Below are positions 51,102-64,000 of a stretch of 64,000 nucleotides of DNA, piece by piece (within the stretch, counting starts at the first letter, position 1; each line of letters starts with the position of its first letter). The notes beneath the pieces were generated by a model. It did no database searches, was not told where the DNA came from, and saw only the letters and a program-made list of their open reading frames with translations. The stretch comes from Rhizophagus irregularis (taxonomy: Eukaryota). The stretch spans positions 1,736,001 through 1,800,000 of the forward strand of contig NC_089434.1 of NCBI RefSeq assembly GCF_026210795.1, given 5' to 3'. A program made the translations under genes and the position numbers.

Positions 51102-53489
51102 TTATATAGGACACTAGTAGTCTAGTACTACGATCTTGTATCTATTTTTTCGCATATTTTAATAAAAAATTTTCTTGACAAATTTCGCTTATGGCCCGAC
51201 GGCCCGTCAGGAAAAACACGTGATTTTTTTTGGCACACAAAAAGGGGTGCAATTGTTAGTGTGGCAGATAAGAAGTGAAATAAGTTTTTACCAACCAAAA
51301 ATTTTTATATAATCTCTACGGAAAAATATTAAAAAAAAAATTCTGTTCCCAGAATACTTAATATACTTTATTAAAACAAAGTGAAGGCGTGACATAATTA
51401 CGTAACTGAATTTTTTATGATGAAAAAAACTGTAATTGGCATGTGATATAAAATCTACAAATATTGTAACGTCTGCATACTCGCTGAATTCTTATACAAA
51501 ATCCAGAATACTTATAAAAATGACTGAAAGGATAAATACTCCATGTAAAGCAAATGTATATTAATTCCAGATTGAACAGAATTTTGCGATATGTAACTAT
51601 CATGAAATTTTTTTTCTTTAAGAAAAACAATAATAAAAAGATCATTGCTGTCCTAAACAAGTCTTTAGAAGACTGATCACCAAACACTGAGAAACATCAA
51701 TCACGACAGGGGGATAGGGTAAGAGAAGAAAGGTAAAGAAAAGATGGGCAAAATTTTTAATACTAATTTTGTTGTCATTTTTAATCCAGATTTGAAAAAT
51801 AACATTAAAATAATAAAGTAATATTTTGTCTATTTAATAAATCTTTATATTCTTTTTTAAATTTAGTAAGTTATGAAATAATCCATTAACCTTATTAAAT
51901 TTAATCTTTTCTTTCAGATAATCGTTTACACTTTACATTAGTATAAGAATGATTAGAAACGTCATACATAATGTGTAAGAAACATGTGAATGATTTCATG
52001 TGACTGGAGAATCCCGTGACTGTATTATGATCGGCATAGGGTCGGCCGATCGGGTAAGTTTACTGTACTATATGAATACAATCCGCTTTAGAGACTGTGT
52101 AAAATCATGAAACAAAAAAAATGGTGCGACTATTGGTATGAGTAATTTGTCGTACAGTAGTATATCTTTAGTATAACATTAGTTAAATTTACCTGCCGTA
52201 TAACAGGGGTAATTTTTCTATACTATCTAAGATAGTGAATACGAAGCCCCAAAAGGTTATATTAGCAATCCGCTGACAAAGTTCATGTAACTTCCATTGC
52301 ATTATCATTTGTTACAAAGTACATTTTTCGCCTATATAAACAATAGCAAAAATGACAAACTACAAAAAAAAGAACAGACGAATATGAATATGTATCGACT
52401 AAATAATCTCTCTAATGAAACAATAGCAACAATAGGAAGCGTTATAAGCAATGCAACAGAAGAATTCGAAGAAGTATTAAACCAAATAGAAAATCAAGGA
52501 GACAAACAACAAAGAACTTATAACTTGAGGAAATATTATAGAACTATAAAACAGAAAATTAAACGCAAAGGAAATAAACCGAAACTCTTAATCTTACGTC
52601 AGAAAGCAAAAGCTTTATTTAAGAAATGAAAGAAATATGTTATCAAAATAAGATCACACCGGTAAAACGAAACAGAAGTTCATCGCAAAGAAAATCTATT
52701 ACGGCGACAAAAAAACTCAAGAATAGATAGAAGGCACTAAAAATTATCGATATTATTTATTTTAATTTCGTATGTGCTTGTTGGGGTGTTATTACAAGTT
52801 ATTAAGCTTTTGTTCAGACTTTCAAAATCTTCCTTTATTCTTATCTTCCCAAACACTTAATTGACTAACTTTACAATTTTATTTATTTGTCCGCAGTACG
52901 TAACTGTAATATTTTTTATTTTTTATTTATATTTATATTTGCAACATTTGCAACATTTGCAACAATAAAACTTTATGTATTATGCATGAGTTTGCCCAAT
53001 AATATATATTTTCGTAGACCTTACTTTAAAGATACCATCCTACGAATTATTTAATCTTCGTTGTATTTTACCTTAAGATAATTAAACCAATTATTTGTTA
53101 TAATTTTTTATCATGTTAATTAAAGGTCCACTATTGTTAATTCAATAACTGCGCGAATTCCTCCTTCATTCGTGTGTTTAATTCATAAAGTGCAATGCAG
53201 ATATATTTATCATATATTTATCATTCGATCTTATCACATGATGTTAGGTATCTATTTTAGAAATATGGAATATATATTTATTATATATATTAATAGAATT
53301 TTTTTATAATCGTCGTTATAACTTTTAATAGTGTTTAACATTACGTGGTTTAAAATCTTTTAACGTTAACGTAAATGACGTAAGTCATATATTAAAAGCT
53401 AAAAAAAAAAGTTTAAAGTTTTAAATTTTCAAGTAATATTATTAATTTATTATATATGTAACTATAAAGATGAATAAGGATATATTGAG

Positions 53490-54080
53490 CTCGCGTTCAT
53501 TTATTTACCCAATTTTATAATATCATAATGTATTTTTTCCACTTTTGTTGTTCAATTTATTCATGCAGCATATTGCCAATATCATTTTTATGAAAGTTTA
53601 ATAAGATTCTAGGCGCAATACTAAGAAATTTATAATCTTCAACATTAAAAGTTTGTTGTTTTTTTCAATTATTCGTTGATTAATTTATTTATTTTATTCA
53701 CTTATTTATTTGATTTCTTTTTTTAACTTTATTAAAAAGATGATTTGCTGTTACGTAATGATATATTACGTTCGCGTTTATTTATTTATAATATTACTAT
53801 AATGTACTTTTTCCTCTTTTGTTGTTTAAGTTATTCATGCAGCGTGTTTCTAATATCATTTTTGTGAAAGTTCAACATTATTGATAAGATAGACGCATTA
53901 TTATTACACTAATCCAATTTCTTGATGATTTTGACATTGATCGTTCATTACGTGTAGACAAAATTCCTATGAAAATTATTGTCCAGCTGACTGCAGCATT
54001 TTAAATATATTAAAAGTTTGTTGTGTTTTCAATTATTCATTGATTAATTTATTTACTTTTTATTATTTATCTATTTATTT
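53490..54080 (+). repeat. Diverged local direct duplication upstream of K5
   Basis: TCGCGTT..TTTATTTA...TTTTGTTGTT..ATTCATGCAGC...ATTAAAAGTTTGTTGT occurs from ~53490 and again from ~53771. Confidence 0.7.
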
Positions 54081-54660
54081 ACTTTTTATTTATTTATCTA
54101 TTTATTTGCTTTTTTTTTATCTATTTATTTGCTTTTTTTTTATCTATATATTTGCTTTTTTTTAAAAAACAAAACAAAGCGATTTATTATTTTGAATCAA
54201 TTCAAGCAAAGCTATTACTTGATATGATAATTTAATTATTTTTTAGCCCATTAATTTCTTTGAATTTTTTTTTATTTTTAGGTTTATTTTTTTTAAAAAA
54301 AAATATTAATCATAGAAGAAAAAAAAATACTTTTTTTTATTGTATAATGCCGTGACATAGTAACAAATTTTTTTTTTGTACAAAAAGTACAAGAAAAATT
54401 ACATTTGGCATTTAGGTAATACGCTTCTAAGTTCTAACCATAAATGTATACTAATTTAATGAGTTTATAATAAATAAGATTACAACTTTATATGGTGTAA
54501 CATTATACAATAGTAAATCATGCTAAATTTGAATGTATAGTTTTAAAAGGGCGTAAAGACTTGTTTTTTGTTTCTATTTGTTTATTATACCAATTTATTG
54601 TTTAGAGTTGATAAATATAGTAGATATTCTCTTTTTAACAAATTAAAATTTTATAATATT

Positions 54661-56974
54661 ATGTCTACTATTCGAGAGGGATTAATTCATGCAACAATCA
54701 ATAAAGCAATTACATTAATTGATTATAATAATTACGATAGTGTACACAAACAATTTGAATTTGTAAAACAAACGATTCTTGCTGATAATTCTCTTACAAA
54801 TGATGAAAAAATTGAAGCAATAAGTTCATTTAATAAAGATTGTAATCGAGAAAAAATTGTTCGTAATGAAGGGACAAGAAGAATTTGTGAAACTTGTAAC
54901 CAAAAATGTTTGGCTATATCATATTGTGAATATTGTGTCCAAAATTATTTAAAAACAAAATTTTCAAGTTGGTCATCTGGAAATAATAATATTGATAATT
55001 TAATACAAAAATGTCAAATTGAGTCACTTATGCCAGATATGATAGTTGAATGGATTCCATATAATAATTTACAAAATATTGAATGTCTAACCAAAGGTGG
55101 ATTTTCTGAAATTTATACAGCAACTTGGATTAATGGAGGATATGAAGAATTGGATTCTGAGAATCATCAATTACAAAGATTTGGAACTCATCATGTAATA
55201 CTAAAAGAGTTAGGAAATATTGAAAATGCAAGTCAAAATTGGTTTGAAGAGGTTTGTAATAAACTAATAATTTACTTTTAAAGGATTTAATGTTTAAATT
55301 ATAATTTGAATTTAAAATTATTTTTTACAGGCTAAATCAAATTTAACTATAAGTAATAAACATCCATCAATTGTTCAATGTTTTGGTTTAACACAAAATC
55401 CATCAAATGAAAATTATATGCTTGTAATGAGAAAGAAAAATGCTAATTTAAGAGAATATTTACAACAAAATCATAATCAACTAATATGGGAAGAAAGAAT
55501 TAAAATTGCTTTTATAATAATTAATGCACTTTATTATATTCATAAAGAGAATTCAATTCATAGAGATTTGCATTCTGGAAATATACTATTATATTCCAAA
55601 TTTAATAATTATTGGTTTATTAGTGATCTTGGATTTTGTGGTCCAGCAGAAAAACCATCAACAAGTATATATGGAAATCTTCCTTACATAGCACCTGAAA
55701 TTATTAATGGAAAAGAATATACTTTTAAATCTGATATTTATAGTATTGGCATGCTTTTGTGGGAAATTTCATCTGGACAACCACCATTTAATAATCATGA
55801 ACATGATTATGATCTTGCACTTAATATTATTAATGGTATAAGACCAAAAATTATATCAGAAATTCCTTTGAAATATAAAAATTTAATGATACAATGTTGG
55901 AATGCTAATTCATTAGAAAGGCCTGATACTAATATGCTTTTAAGAGAAATAAGAGAAATTATGTTATATTATCATAATAACCCAAATGAATTACCTCAAC
56001 TAAATGTAAATATAGATAAAAAAATAAACTATGAAAACAAAAGCAACAAATTATTTACAAGTAAAATTTATAAATTTGAAAATTTACCTGAACCAAAAAA
56101 TGCAACAGAAGGTATAATTTATTAATATTTGTTAACTATATTTAATTTTCTCTGTTATTATTATTACTAATTCAATCATTTTTTTTTAATTTAAATAATA
56201 ACAGAAGAACAAGAAGGTGATATGAATTTAATACTTATTCTTATTAAAAAACAATTAATCATTAACAAATTAAAAATATATCTGTTTATTTAATAGCATT
56301 TTATAGTAAATTATATGACTTTAATATTTCAAAAAATAGTAAGTGTTTTTAAGTTTATGTTTAATTATATGGTCTAGTGTAAATAATTATTCTATTTTTA
56401 GTTGATGATTTTGGTCAATCAAGTAATCAGAATAGTAAAAGAATAAATAATATTATTAAAGGTAATTACAAATATTCAGCCTATATTAAATAATTACTAA
56501 CTAGTATTTTAATTTTAGCTAGTAGTGAAAGATTGTCCAAGGTATTTAAAAATTTACAGATAAATTCAAAAAGTGGTAAGTAAATTATTAAATAAATAAA
56601 TACTCAAATTAGAGTTTATTTGTTTATTTATAAAAAATAAGTACTTATTAAATGTTATTTTATTGATAATAGTTGATATACAAAATAACAATTATAGAGA
56701 TACAATATATCAGCCACAAACTGGTGATATTGATGGTAGGTAAACTATTATTTATTTATTAAAAATTTTTTATTAGACAATAACTAATTGTATATTATTT
56801 TTGTTTCATAGATGATGATGAATGTAATAATCCAAATCTTCATTCAGAAGAACAAGAATAATTGAAATTCCTAATGGTTTGTTTATTTTTTTTCAAAATT
56901 ATATAAAACTATTTATATTAATATTTACTAATGCATTTATTTATATCATTTATTTTAATTTAGATGGATATTGA
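54661..56974 (+). CDS. TKL-like protein kinase, copy K5 (inverted relative to the others)
   Basis: Exons read directly: 54661-55251, 55331-56111, 56205-56216 (12 nt), 56297-56338, 56402-56461, 56519-56575, 56673-56735, 56812-56876, 56964-56974. An in-frame TAA at 56859-56861 trims the last few conserved residues. Confidence 0.9.
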
Positions 56975-57462
56975 ATTATTTTACAAATTAAATAAATTAG
57001 ATTTATAAGTAATATCATTTATCTTAAGTGCTTAAATAATTTCAATTTCGAAAAAATAAAAAGTAGTAGAAATTTCTTAGTTTGTAATTTAAATAATTTT
57101 TTTTTTTTTTGCCATATTAAATTATCATTAAATAGTATGTTTTTATTTTACTTACGATTTATGCTATAATAACACTAATTATCACAATTTCAGCAATGGG
57201 TTTATTTGTTTATCTCGTGTAGTGGTCAATATGAGCATTAAAATTTTGCAAAATTGTGTAATTAGGGCTTTTATGCTAAGGGTACTAGTGCAAATCACAG
57301 TAAGATACAACATATGCTGTAATACAAATAAGAGTTTTTTTATATTTAAAAATCTATCTTGCTTGTTCATTGATCACCGCTAATAATTTTCACATTTATT
57401 TTGGCCAAAATTAAATTAAATTATTACTTTACTACCTCGTATGTATTAATGACAAAAAATAC

Positions 57463-57820
57463 TTAATTGCCATCCGGATAAGATTGGCACTATCACTATA
57501 CTGATAAACGTATTAGTAAATGTTGGGGAAATTTATTATGATTTTTTATCATTTTGAAATCTGAGCTGCGTTCGTAGATAAGTCATAAATATAAAATATA
57601 ATTTTATTTATTTTACTGTATATGTACATATACCAATTAAGTATTTTGACAAATTTTCAAAGATTTTCTTAAAATATAAAAGGTGCTTTCTTATAAGCTC
57701 AAAAAATCAATTCTTCGAATTTATAATTATTTCTATGTACAGTAGATTCAGACTATTAGTAATTTTATTAAGTACCTAATTTATAAAAATAGTGACGATC
57801 TTATCCGGGTTGCCAATTAA
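57463..57820. mobile_element. ~360-bp degenerate MITE
   Basis: Imperfect ~31-bp TIRs TTAATTGCCATCCGGATAAGATTGGCACTAT / ATAGTGACGATCTTATCCGGGTTGCCAATTAA. Confidence 0.7.
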
Positions 57821-59130
57821 AGGGTTGATGCAAGAAGCAGCTACCTCAAAAACTAATGTCTGCAACCCTATGTGCAATCATATGACGATATAAAATTTTT
57901 GTTCGAATGCACACAACTTTTTGAAATGATTAAAGATGGACGATAGGAACTTTTTACTAACCCTTTGAAAATCTGGAAATGCTCAAAAAATTAATTTTCT
58001 TAAAAACTTCAGTTAACTTCATACAAATCTTTTAATAATATATAACAATAAAAAGAATTTCTGTTGACTCATATATCATTGTCCCTCCCTTTTAGAATGA
58101 CTTTTATTTCAATAAATTTCCATGAGCTTTAAATAACAACAATAACAATAAGATGGTTTTATTTGCGAAAAACTTATGTCTTGATTTCATGGGAGATATC
58201 TTTTCTGAGATTGAGATTAAATAAACCAAATAAAAATTGCATCATTACAGTGATAAACAAGTTGAAATATTGGAATATATTCAATTAAGGTGATTTATAA
58301 ACTTTAAAAAGAATATTCAGACGATACCTAATGAAGATGATAAGATGACTGATGTCATATTATTCAAAAGCTGAGTTGAAATACAAGTTGTTATTGTTAT
58401 TATTTAGAGTTAAAGATTTTTATTATTTTTGCATACATAAATACTAACTGAATAATAATTTCTTTTTGCTAATAAAAGAATGTTCATTTCTTTATTGTAA
58501 GTAGGAGGATGTACTGTACCTAAGTTATAATATAACATTTTAAAATATATTATCACTTAGCATAATATTCATCATTTTACTAACTTTTTAGCTGAATATC
58601 ATAAAAATCTAACATAGATTACTTGAAAAATTTTTCGATTATTATTGTTAGGTCTAACGTAAAAATGAATTTTTAAGTTACTAACTCGCTATATCTTCAG
58701 TTGATTTTGATAAAAATTTTAATAAAGGTATAAACTCACCCAATTAACTATCCCACATTTAAATCTAGCGTAAAAATATTAGTATATTTATCCGACGTAC
58801 TAAAAGAACTATGATCCAATCACAAGTTTATTTCCGGTAATTGTCGATGATAGATATTTTGTGATCAAAAATCTCTAGAATAGAGTTTCAGGCCATGTTC
58901 TATCTGCACCATAACAATTTTTATATTATTTTCATGTGATACCTTGGTTGGGAAGGACTTTATAATAAAAAGCTGGCTTAAAACTGAATAAATATCAGTC
59001 TCTTTTAAAGTAAAGAGCGCTTAAAGCGATATTTTGTGCAATACTAGACTGTCCAGAGAAGTAGATAATAATTTTTTTTTTAAATATACAGTAAACTGAG
59101 TAAAGTAATCTATATAAAAGGATTATTCAT

Positions 59131-59310
59131 ATTACAAACTAGGAAATGTATAAATTACCTTGACTTAGTATTTAAAGAATTTAGTATTATTAATAATTTA
59201 GGTTTGGATTATTATATACTTCAACTTCATACATAAAGTAATTAACAATTATTTTTTCATATTATCAATTGAACATTGTTTTTTTTAGTAAATCATTTTC
59301 CGAACATCTA
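59131..59310 (-). pseudogene. 3'-end relic of a seventh K-family kinase gene
   Basis: Minus strand encodes DEVEVYNNPN and a preceding short-exon remnant; retains the family 3'-flank motif ATTACAAACTA. Confidence 0.55.
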
Positions 59311-61269
59311 AAAAATTTTAAAAAAAATTATATTTATATACTTCCAGTTTGACAATATTAAACTGATATATTTATATATTACATCATTATTTTAATGGTG
59401 TCGCCATTATTTAATTAAGGGATGAAATTAAAAAGATTTTTCTTTTAACTTTTTTTTAATATAACACTTATTGTGTATCGAATAAGTGATCAATAGTTTA
59501 AATGTAGGATTAATACCAAAAAGAGTTAGCACTGAAAGCTTTAAAAATCTCGTCTCTAATAAAATTTTCTGCAAAGTTGTAAAGTTTAAGGCGACACAAC
59601 TGGTATTTATGGTTTACATACTATCTAAAATTGGCTTAGTGTGACCCGGTCAACTGTTTTTAAGTCAAAAAAATTTTTTGGCTAATAAAATTTAACATTA
59701 GTTACCAATCTGGTCACTCACTTAAAATTATATTAAAAAAATTTTTGTGCTGCGCATGATGTAATAAAATTTATCTATAATTATTTTTTCACAAATATTG
59801 TTTAAGTGTTCGATGAATTACATCAAATAATTTATTTTTTTATAAAATATAACGGTTGAATTAAATTTGGATGTTATGAGATTAGCAAATAGTGAACATC
59901 CACGTTTAGTAATTGAAGTAGCAGTTCTAGCGTTTCAAAGAGACGTCTGAGGTGGAAACAGGGCAGTAAAGATAAAGGAAAGCTTTCAGATATTGAATGT
60001 AATGTTTTATTTAGTCAAGATATACTGTATTTTTATTTTTCAACGTGACGATTACAAGAGCCAAAAATTCAAGATATACTTGTATACAGATAATACAATG
60101 CTAATTTATCACATGATATTAAACGCAATTCTTATTGGTCTATTATATATAAAAAAATTGGTACGATTTTAATGACCCGGCCGGGATATGTAGACCATAA
60201 TTACCAGTTTGTACCGACTAAATGTGGGATATTTATTTGGGTGAGTTTTTAAAATTTTCCATTAGAACGAATAAAACTAACTAAATGTATAGTAAGCGAT
60301 ACATGAAATTTATTCTCATTTTAGATCTATAATATCTCGGAAATTTTTTAATTCGTTTTAACAATAATAATCGATTTTAAAAATTTCAATGCAATTTATC
60401 GATTTTCTATGTTGGGATAAGACTAACATTCATATTTTGCCCTTAATGAATAATAACACGAAATTATTGGCCTACGTAAAAATCTGATTAAAAATTTTAA
60501 AAGTACCAACAGATAAATTTTGCAAATATCATATTATAGCGCTGCATAAATCAAAAAAATCCCTTTACTTACAATATTTTGATAGCAAAAATAGGAAAAA
60601 AGAAACAGCCTTTGAATAATAATGATAACGGTTATCATGGAATTGATGATTAGGTATTGCCTGGAGATTTTTTTAAATTATTAATTAAACAAAGCTTTCT
60701 TTAATAATTTTAATTGAATACATTTCAAAGTAAAAATACTTCTTTGCTCTAAGCTTGTTTAGCAAAATAAATCAGGATTTATAATAAGCAGAATTAATTG
60801 ACTCGTTTGGCTTAACAACATAGTATATCCATGATTAAATTATATATGATATATCAAACTCAGTTGATTAGGAGTTCTATTCGTGGTATTTTTACTTCAA
60901 ATTAAATTCTGTCTATCATAGTAGCCTATTTTCAAGATCATTGATAAAAAAAAATAATTTCCTAATCATGTGATAAGGTCAAATAAAAAGCAATCTTACA
61001 TAAATTTTCATATTTTTTAAAAAAATATCAATTGAAATTTCCTATTGTTCACATTAAAAGTTTCAATTATTAATTATTTATTTTTCTCTGTATTTTAATT
61101 TAACAAGTAAAAAATATTGATTTTAAATTTATTAATAAGTCATAATATATAAAAAAAAAATTATTTAAATTACAAACTAAGGAATGCATAAAATATTTTG
61201 CTACTCTAGCCTTAGTGTTTAAATAATTCAAAATAAAATATTCAATATTGTTTGTTTATAATTATAATT

Positions 61270-63548
61270 TTAAAATCCATCAAAAAAAAAATGCATATAA
61301 ATAAACAACAATTAGTAATTAAAATATTATTATTTATAAAATATTAATATTAAGAAACTAACCATCAGGAATCTCAAATTCATCTTGTTCTTCCGAATGA
61401 AGGTTTGGATTATTATGTATTTCATCATCGTCTATAAAAATATAAAAAAGTATTTATTTAATTAAAATATTGCAAAATTAAAAATTTATAATAAATATTC
61501 TACTTACCAATAACTGGTCCTTTCACTTGTTGTATTGTTTCTTTTTTATAATCTTTTTGAATTTCTATATTTTTTTAAATAAAATAAATAAAATTTATCA
61601 AATAAATATTGCATAAACAATAAACTAAGATTTAGATTTATTTTACTTACCATTCTTGGAATTTATTTTTAAAGTTTTAAATACTTTAGACAAACTTTTA
61701 CTGCTGGCTATAATTGAGATAAATTTGTATTATTATTTCAAAAATTTTTGGATATATAAATAAATTACCTTTAAAAATACTATTCATTTTTGATGTTTTA
61801 TTAATCTTTTGATCGTTTGAATTATTAAAATCTTCAACTAAAAATGAAAATTTGGTTAATAAATATTTCATCAAATGAAATTTTAATAAATACTTACTAT
61901 TATCAGGAATACTAAAGTCATATGTTTTACTATGAAATGCTATTTAAAATGGTTAAAAAATTATTATAATAGTTAAGAAATAGTAATAAAAAATATTAAC
62001 CTTCTTGTCCTTCTATAAACATTTAAATTAAAAAAAGAAATTAGTAATGTCATATCTTATAATCAATAAACAAAAAAATCTTATAAACAATACCTTCTGT
62101 TGCATTCTTTGGTTCAGGTAAATTTTCAAATTGATGAATTTTGCTTGTAAATAATCTGCTACTACTTGTATAATTTGTACTAGTTTTTGTTTCAAAATTA
62201 CTTTTTGCTTTTGATTGAAATAATTCATTTGGCATATTTTGATATGATAGATGAATTTCTCTCATTTTTCTCCGAAGAGATAAAGCATCAGGTCTTTTTA
62301 ATGAATCAGCATCCCAACATTGTACCATTAAATTTTTATAATCTAAAGGAATATTTAACATAATTTCTGGTCTCATACCATTAATTATATCCATTGCAAG
62401 ATTATAATCATCATGATTATAATTAATAAATGGTGGTTGTCCAGATAAAATTTCCCACATAAGTATTGCAACACTATAAATATCAGATTTAAAAGTATAT
62501 CCTTTTCCATTAATAACTTCTGGTGCTATATAGGGAAGATTTCCATATATACTTTTTGATGATTTATCAGCAGGTCCACAAAATCCAAGATCACTAATAA
62601 ACCATCCATCATTAAATTGTGAATATAATATATTTCCAGAGTGCAAATCTCTATGAATTGCCTTCTCTTTATGAATCCAATATAGTGCATTAGTAATTTC
62701 AAAAGTAATTCTAATTCTTTCTTTCCATGTGAGTCGTTCATTATTTTGTTGTAAATATTTTCTTAAATCCATATCCAATTTCATCATTACAAGCATATAA
62801 TTCCCATTTGATGGATTTTGTGTCATTCCATAACATCGAACAATGTCTGGCCATTTATTATTTATAGTTAAATGTGATTTAGCCTGTAAATATAAAAACT
62901 TTTATTGTAAAACAAAAAATTGGCTAATTTTATAAATACATTTAGAATACAAACCTCTTCAAACCAACTTTGATTTGCACTTTCAACATTTTCTAATTTT
63001 TTGAGTACTACTTCATGACCTCCCATTCTTTTTAATTGTTGTTTTTTAGAATCCCATTCTTCATAACATCCATTAACCCAATCTGCAGTATAAATTTCGG
63101 AGAATCCTCCTTTTGTAAGATATTTAATATTTTCTAAATTACTATATGAAATCCATTCAATTATCACATTTGGTCTAGTTGTTTCCAATTGACATTGCTG
63201 TATTAAATTATCAATATCATCATTTCCAGATGTCCAATGTGAAAATTTTCCTTTTAAATAATTTCGAATACAATATTCACAATATAATGTAGCTAAACAT
63301 TCTTGATTGCAATTTTCACAAATTCTTTTTGTTCCCGTATTTTGAAGAATTTTATCTCGGTCGTAAGATTTAGTTATATATTTTATTGCAAAAGTTTTTT
63401 CATCATCTGTAAGAAGTTTATCAGCAGCAAGAATTGTTTGTTTTTCAAATTCATGTTGTTTGTGAATATCAGTGTGAATATTATAATCAATTAACGAATA
63501 TGCTCTATTAACTGTTGCATAAACTAATTCATATCGAATGGTAGACAT
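61270..63548 (-). CDS. TKL-like protein kinase, copy K6 (multi-exon; closest to K3)
   Basis: ORFs 62868-63548 and 62050-62826. The N-terminus MSTIRYELVYATV is shared with K3. The acceptor of the last D-G-F-stop exon reads TG instead of AG. Confidence 0.9.
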
Positions 63549-64000
63549 AATGCAATTTAATTACAAAAGTTTAAAAAGAAAAATTTTTTTATTGATTTAA
63601 AAAAAAAAATAAGTATATGAACTGGGAAAAGAATTTTTGGACAACGAAATTTAAGTTTCAAAAGATTCCCGAATAGTGTAACCATAAATTCGAATTTTTA
63701 GTATGATCAGCAGAATAATGTCATGTGACAATTACACAATTAAAGTTCAAAGATAAACAAAATAATATATTTTTAGATATGCTTGTTGATCATCCCTATA
63801 AATAATTATTTTTTTTTAAAAAAAAAACTAAAAATAGAAGATAGCGTGATGAAAAATTTAAAAATAACATTGACAGTAGTGGTGATAGTGATACATGAAT
63901 TTTTTTTTTTATACATGGAAAAATTTCTTGTAAAAAAAAGCTTTAAAATTAGTAAATAAAATAAAAATAAATTATATTATATGAAGCAGAATAAATGAAT

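Noticed and set aside
52000..52280. Group I intron-like words (AATCCGC, TTAGAGACTG)
   Set aside because: No convincing P7 partner or P3-P8 core could be paired by eye; would need a covariance-model search.
52297..52629. 110-aa Lys/Asn-rich ORF
   Set aside because: A-rich compositional bias and no recognisable motif; cannot support a gene call.
54568..54660. N-terminal extensions of ORF-track calls (also 22254-22460 and 8462-8540)
   Set aside because: Paralogue alignment, splice signals or UTR-like composition indicate starts at 54661, 22253 and 8313; the extensions are UTR or intron read-through.

Overview
AT-rich eukaryotic (fungal) genomic DNA with short GT-AG introns. Its gene families (WTSGN-type TKL kinases, F-box-like, Crinkler-type REase) are typical of arbuscular mycorrhizal fungi (Glomeromycotina, Rhizophagus-like); this assignment is an inference. 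The window is an accessory, repeat-rich region with six multi-exon paralogous TKL protein-kinase genes and two kinase relics. It holds an 8.07-kb Mutator (MULE) transposon with ~0.7-kb TIRs and an 8-bp TSD, whose transposase has two nonsense codons and an intron filled with TTAGGG-like repeats. Five non-autonomous TIR elements, an F-box-like pseudogene and an orphan gene with three AP-1/Gcn4 sites are also present. The most unusual items: (1) an intron-bordered ~440-nt segment at 40.25-40.69 kb that folds into three long G.U-rich helical domains, downstream of a CpG-retaining CACGCG tandem array; (2) a giant-virus-like Cys-repeat/PD-(D/E)xK endonuclease pseudogene lying between the two halves of a Crinkler-type REase gene, in place of its catalytic core; (3) a composite G-rich/splice-site-like array at 31.2-32.5 kb; (4) a captured oxidoreductase exon whose empty site also lies in the window.
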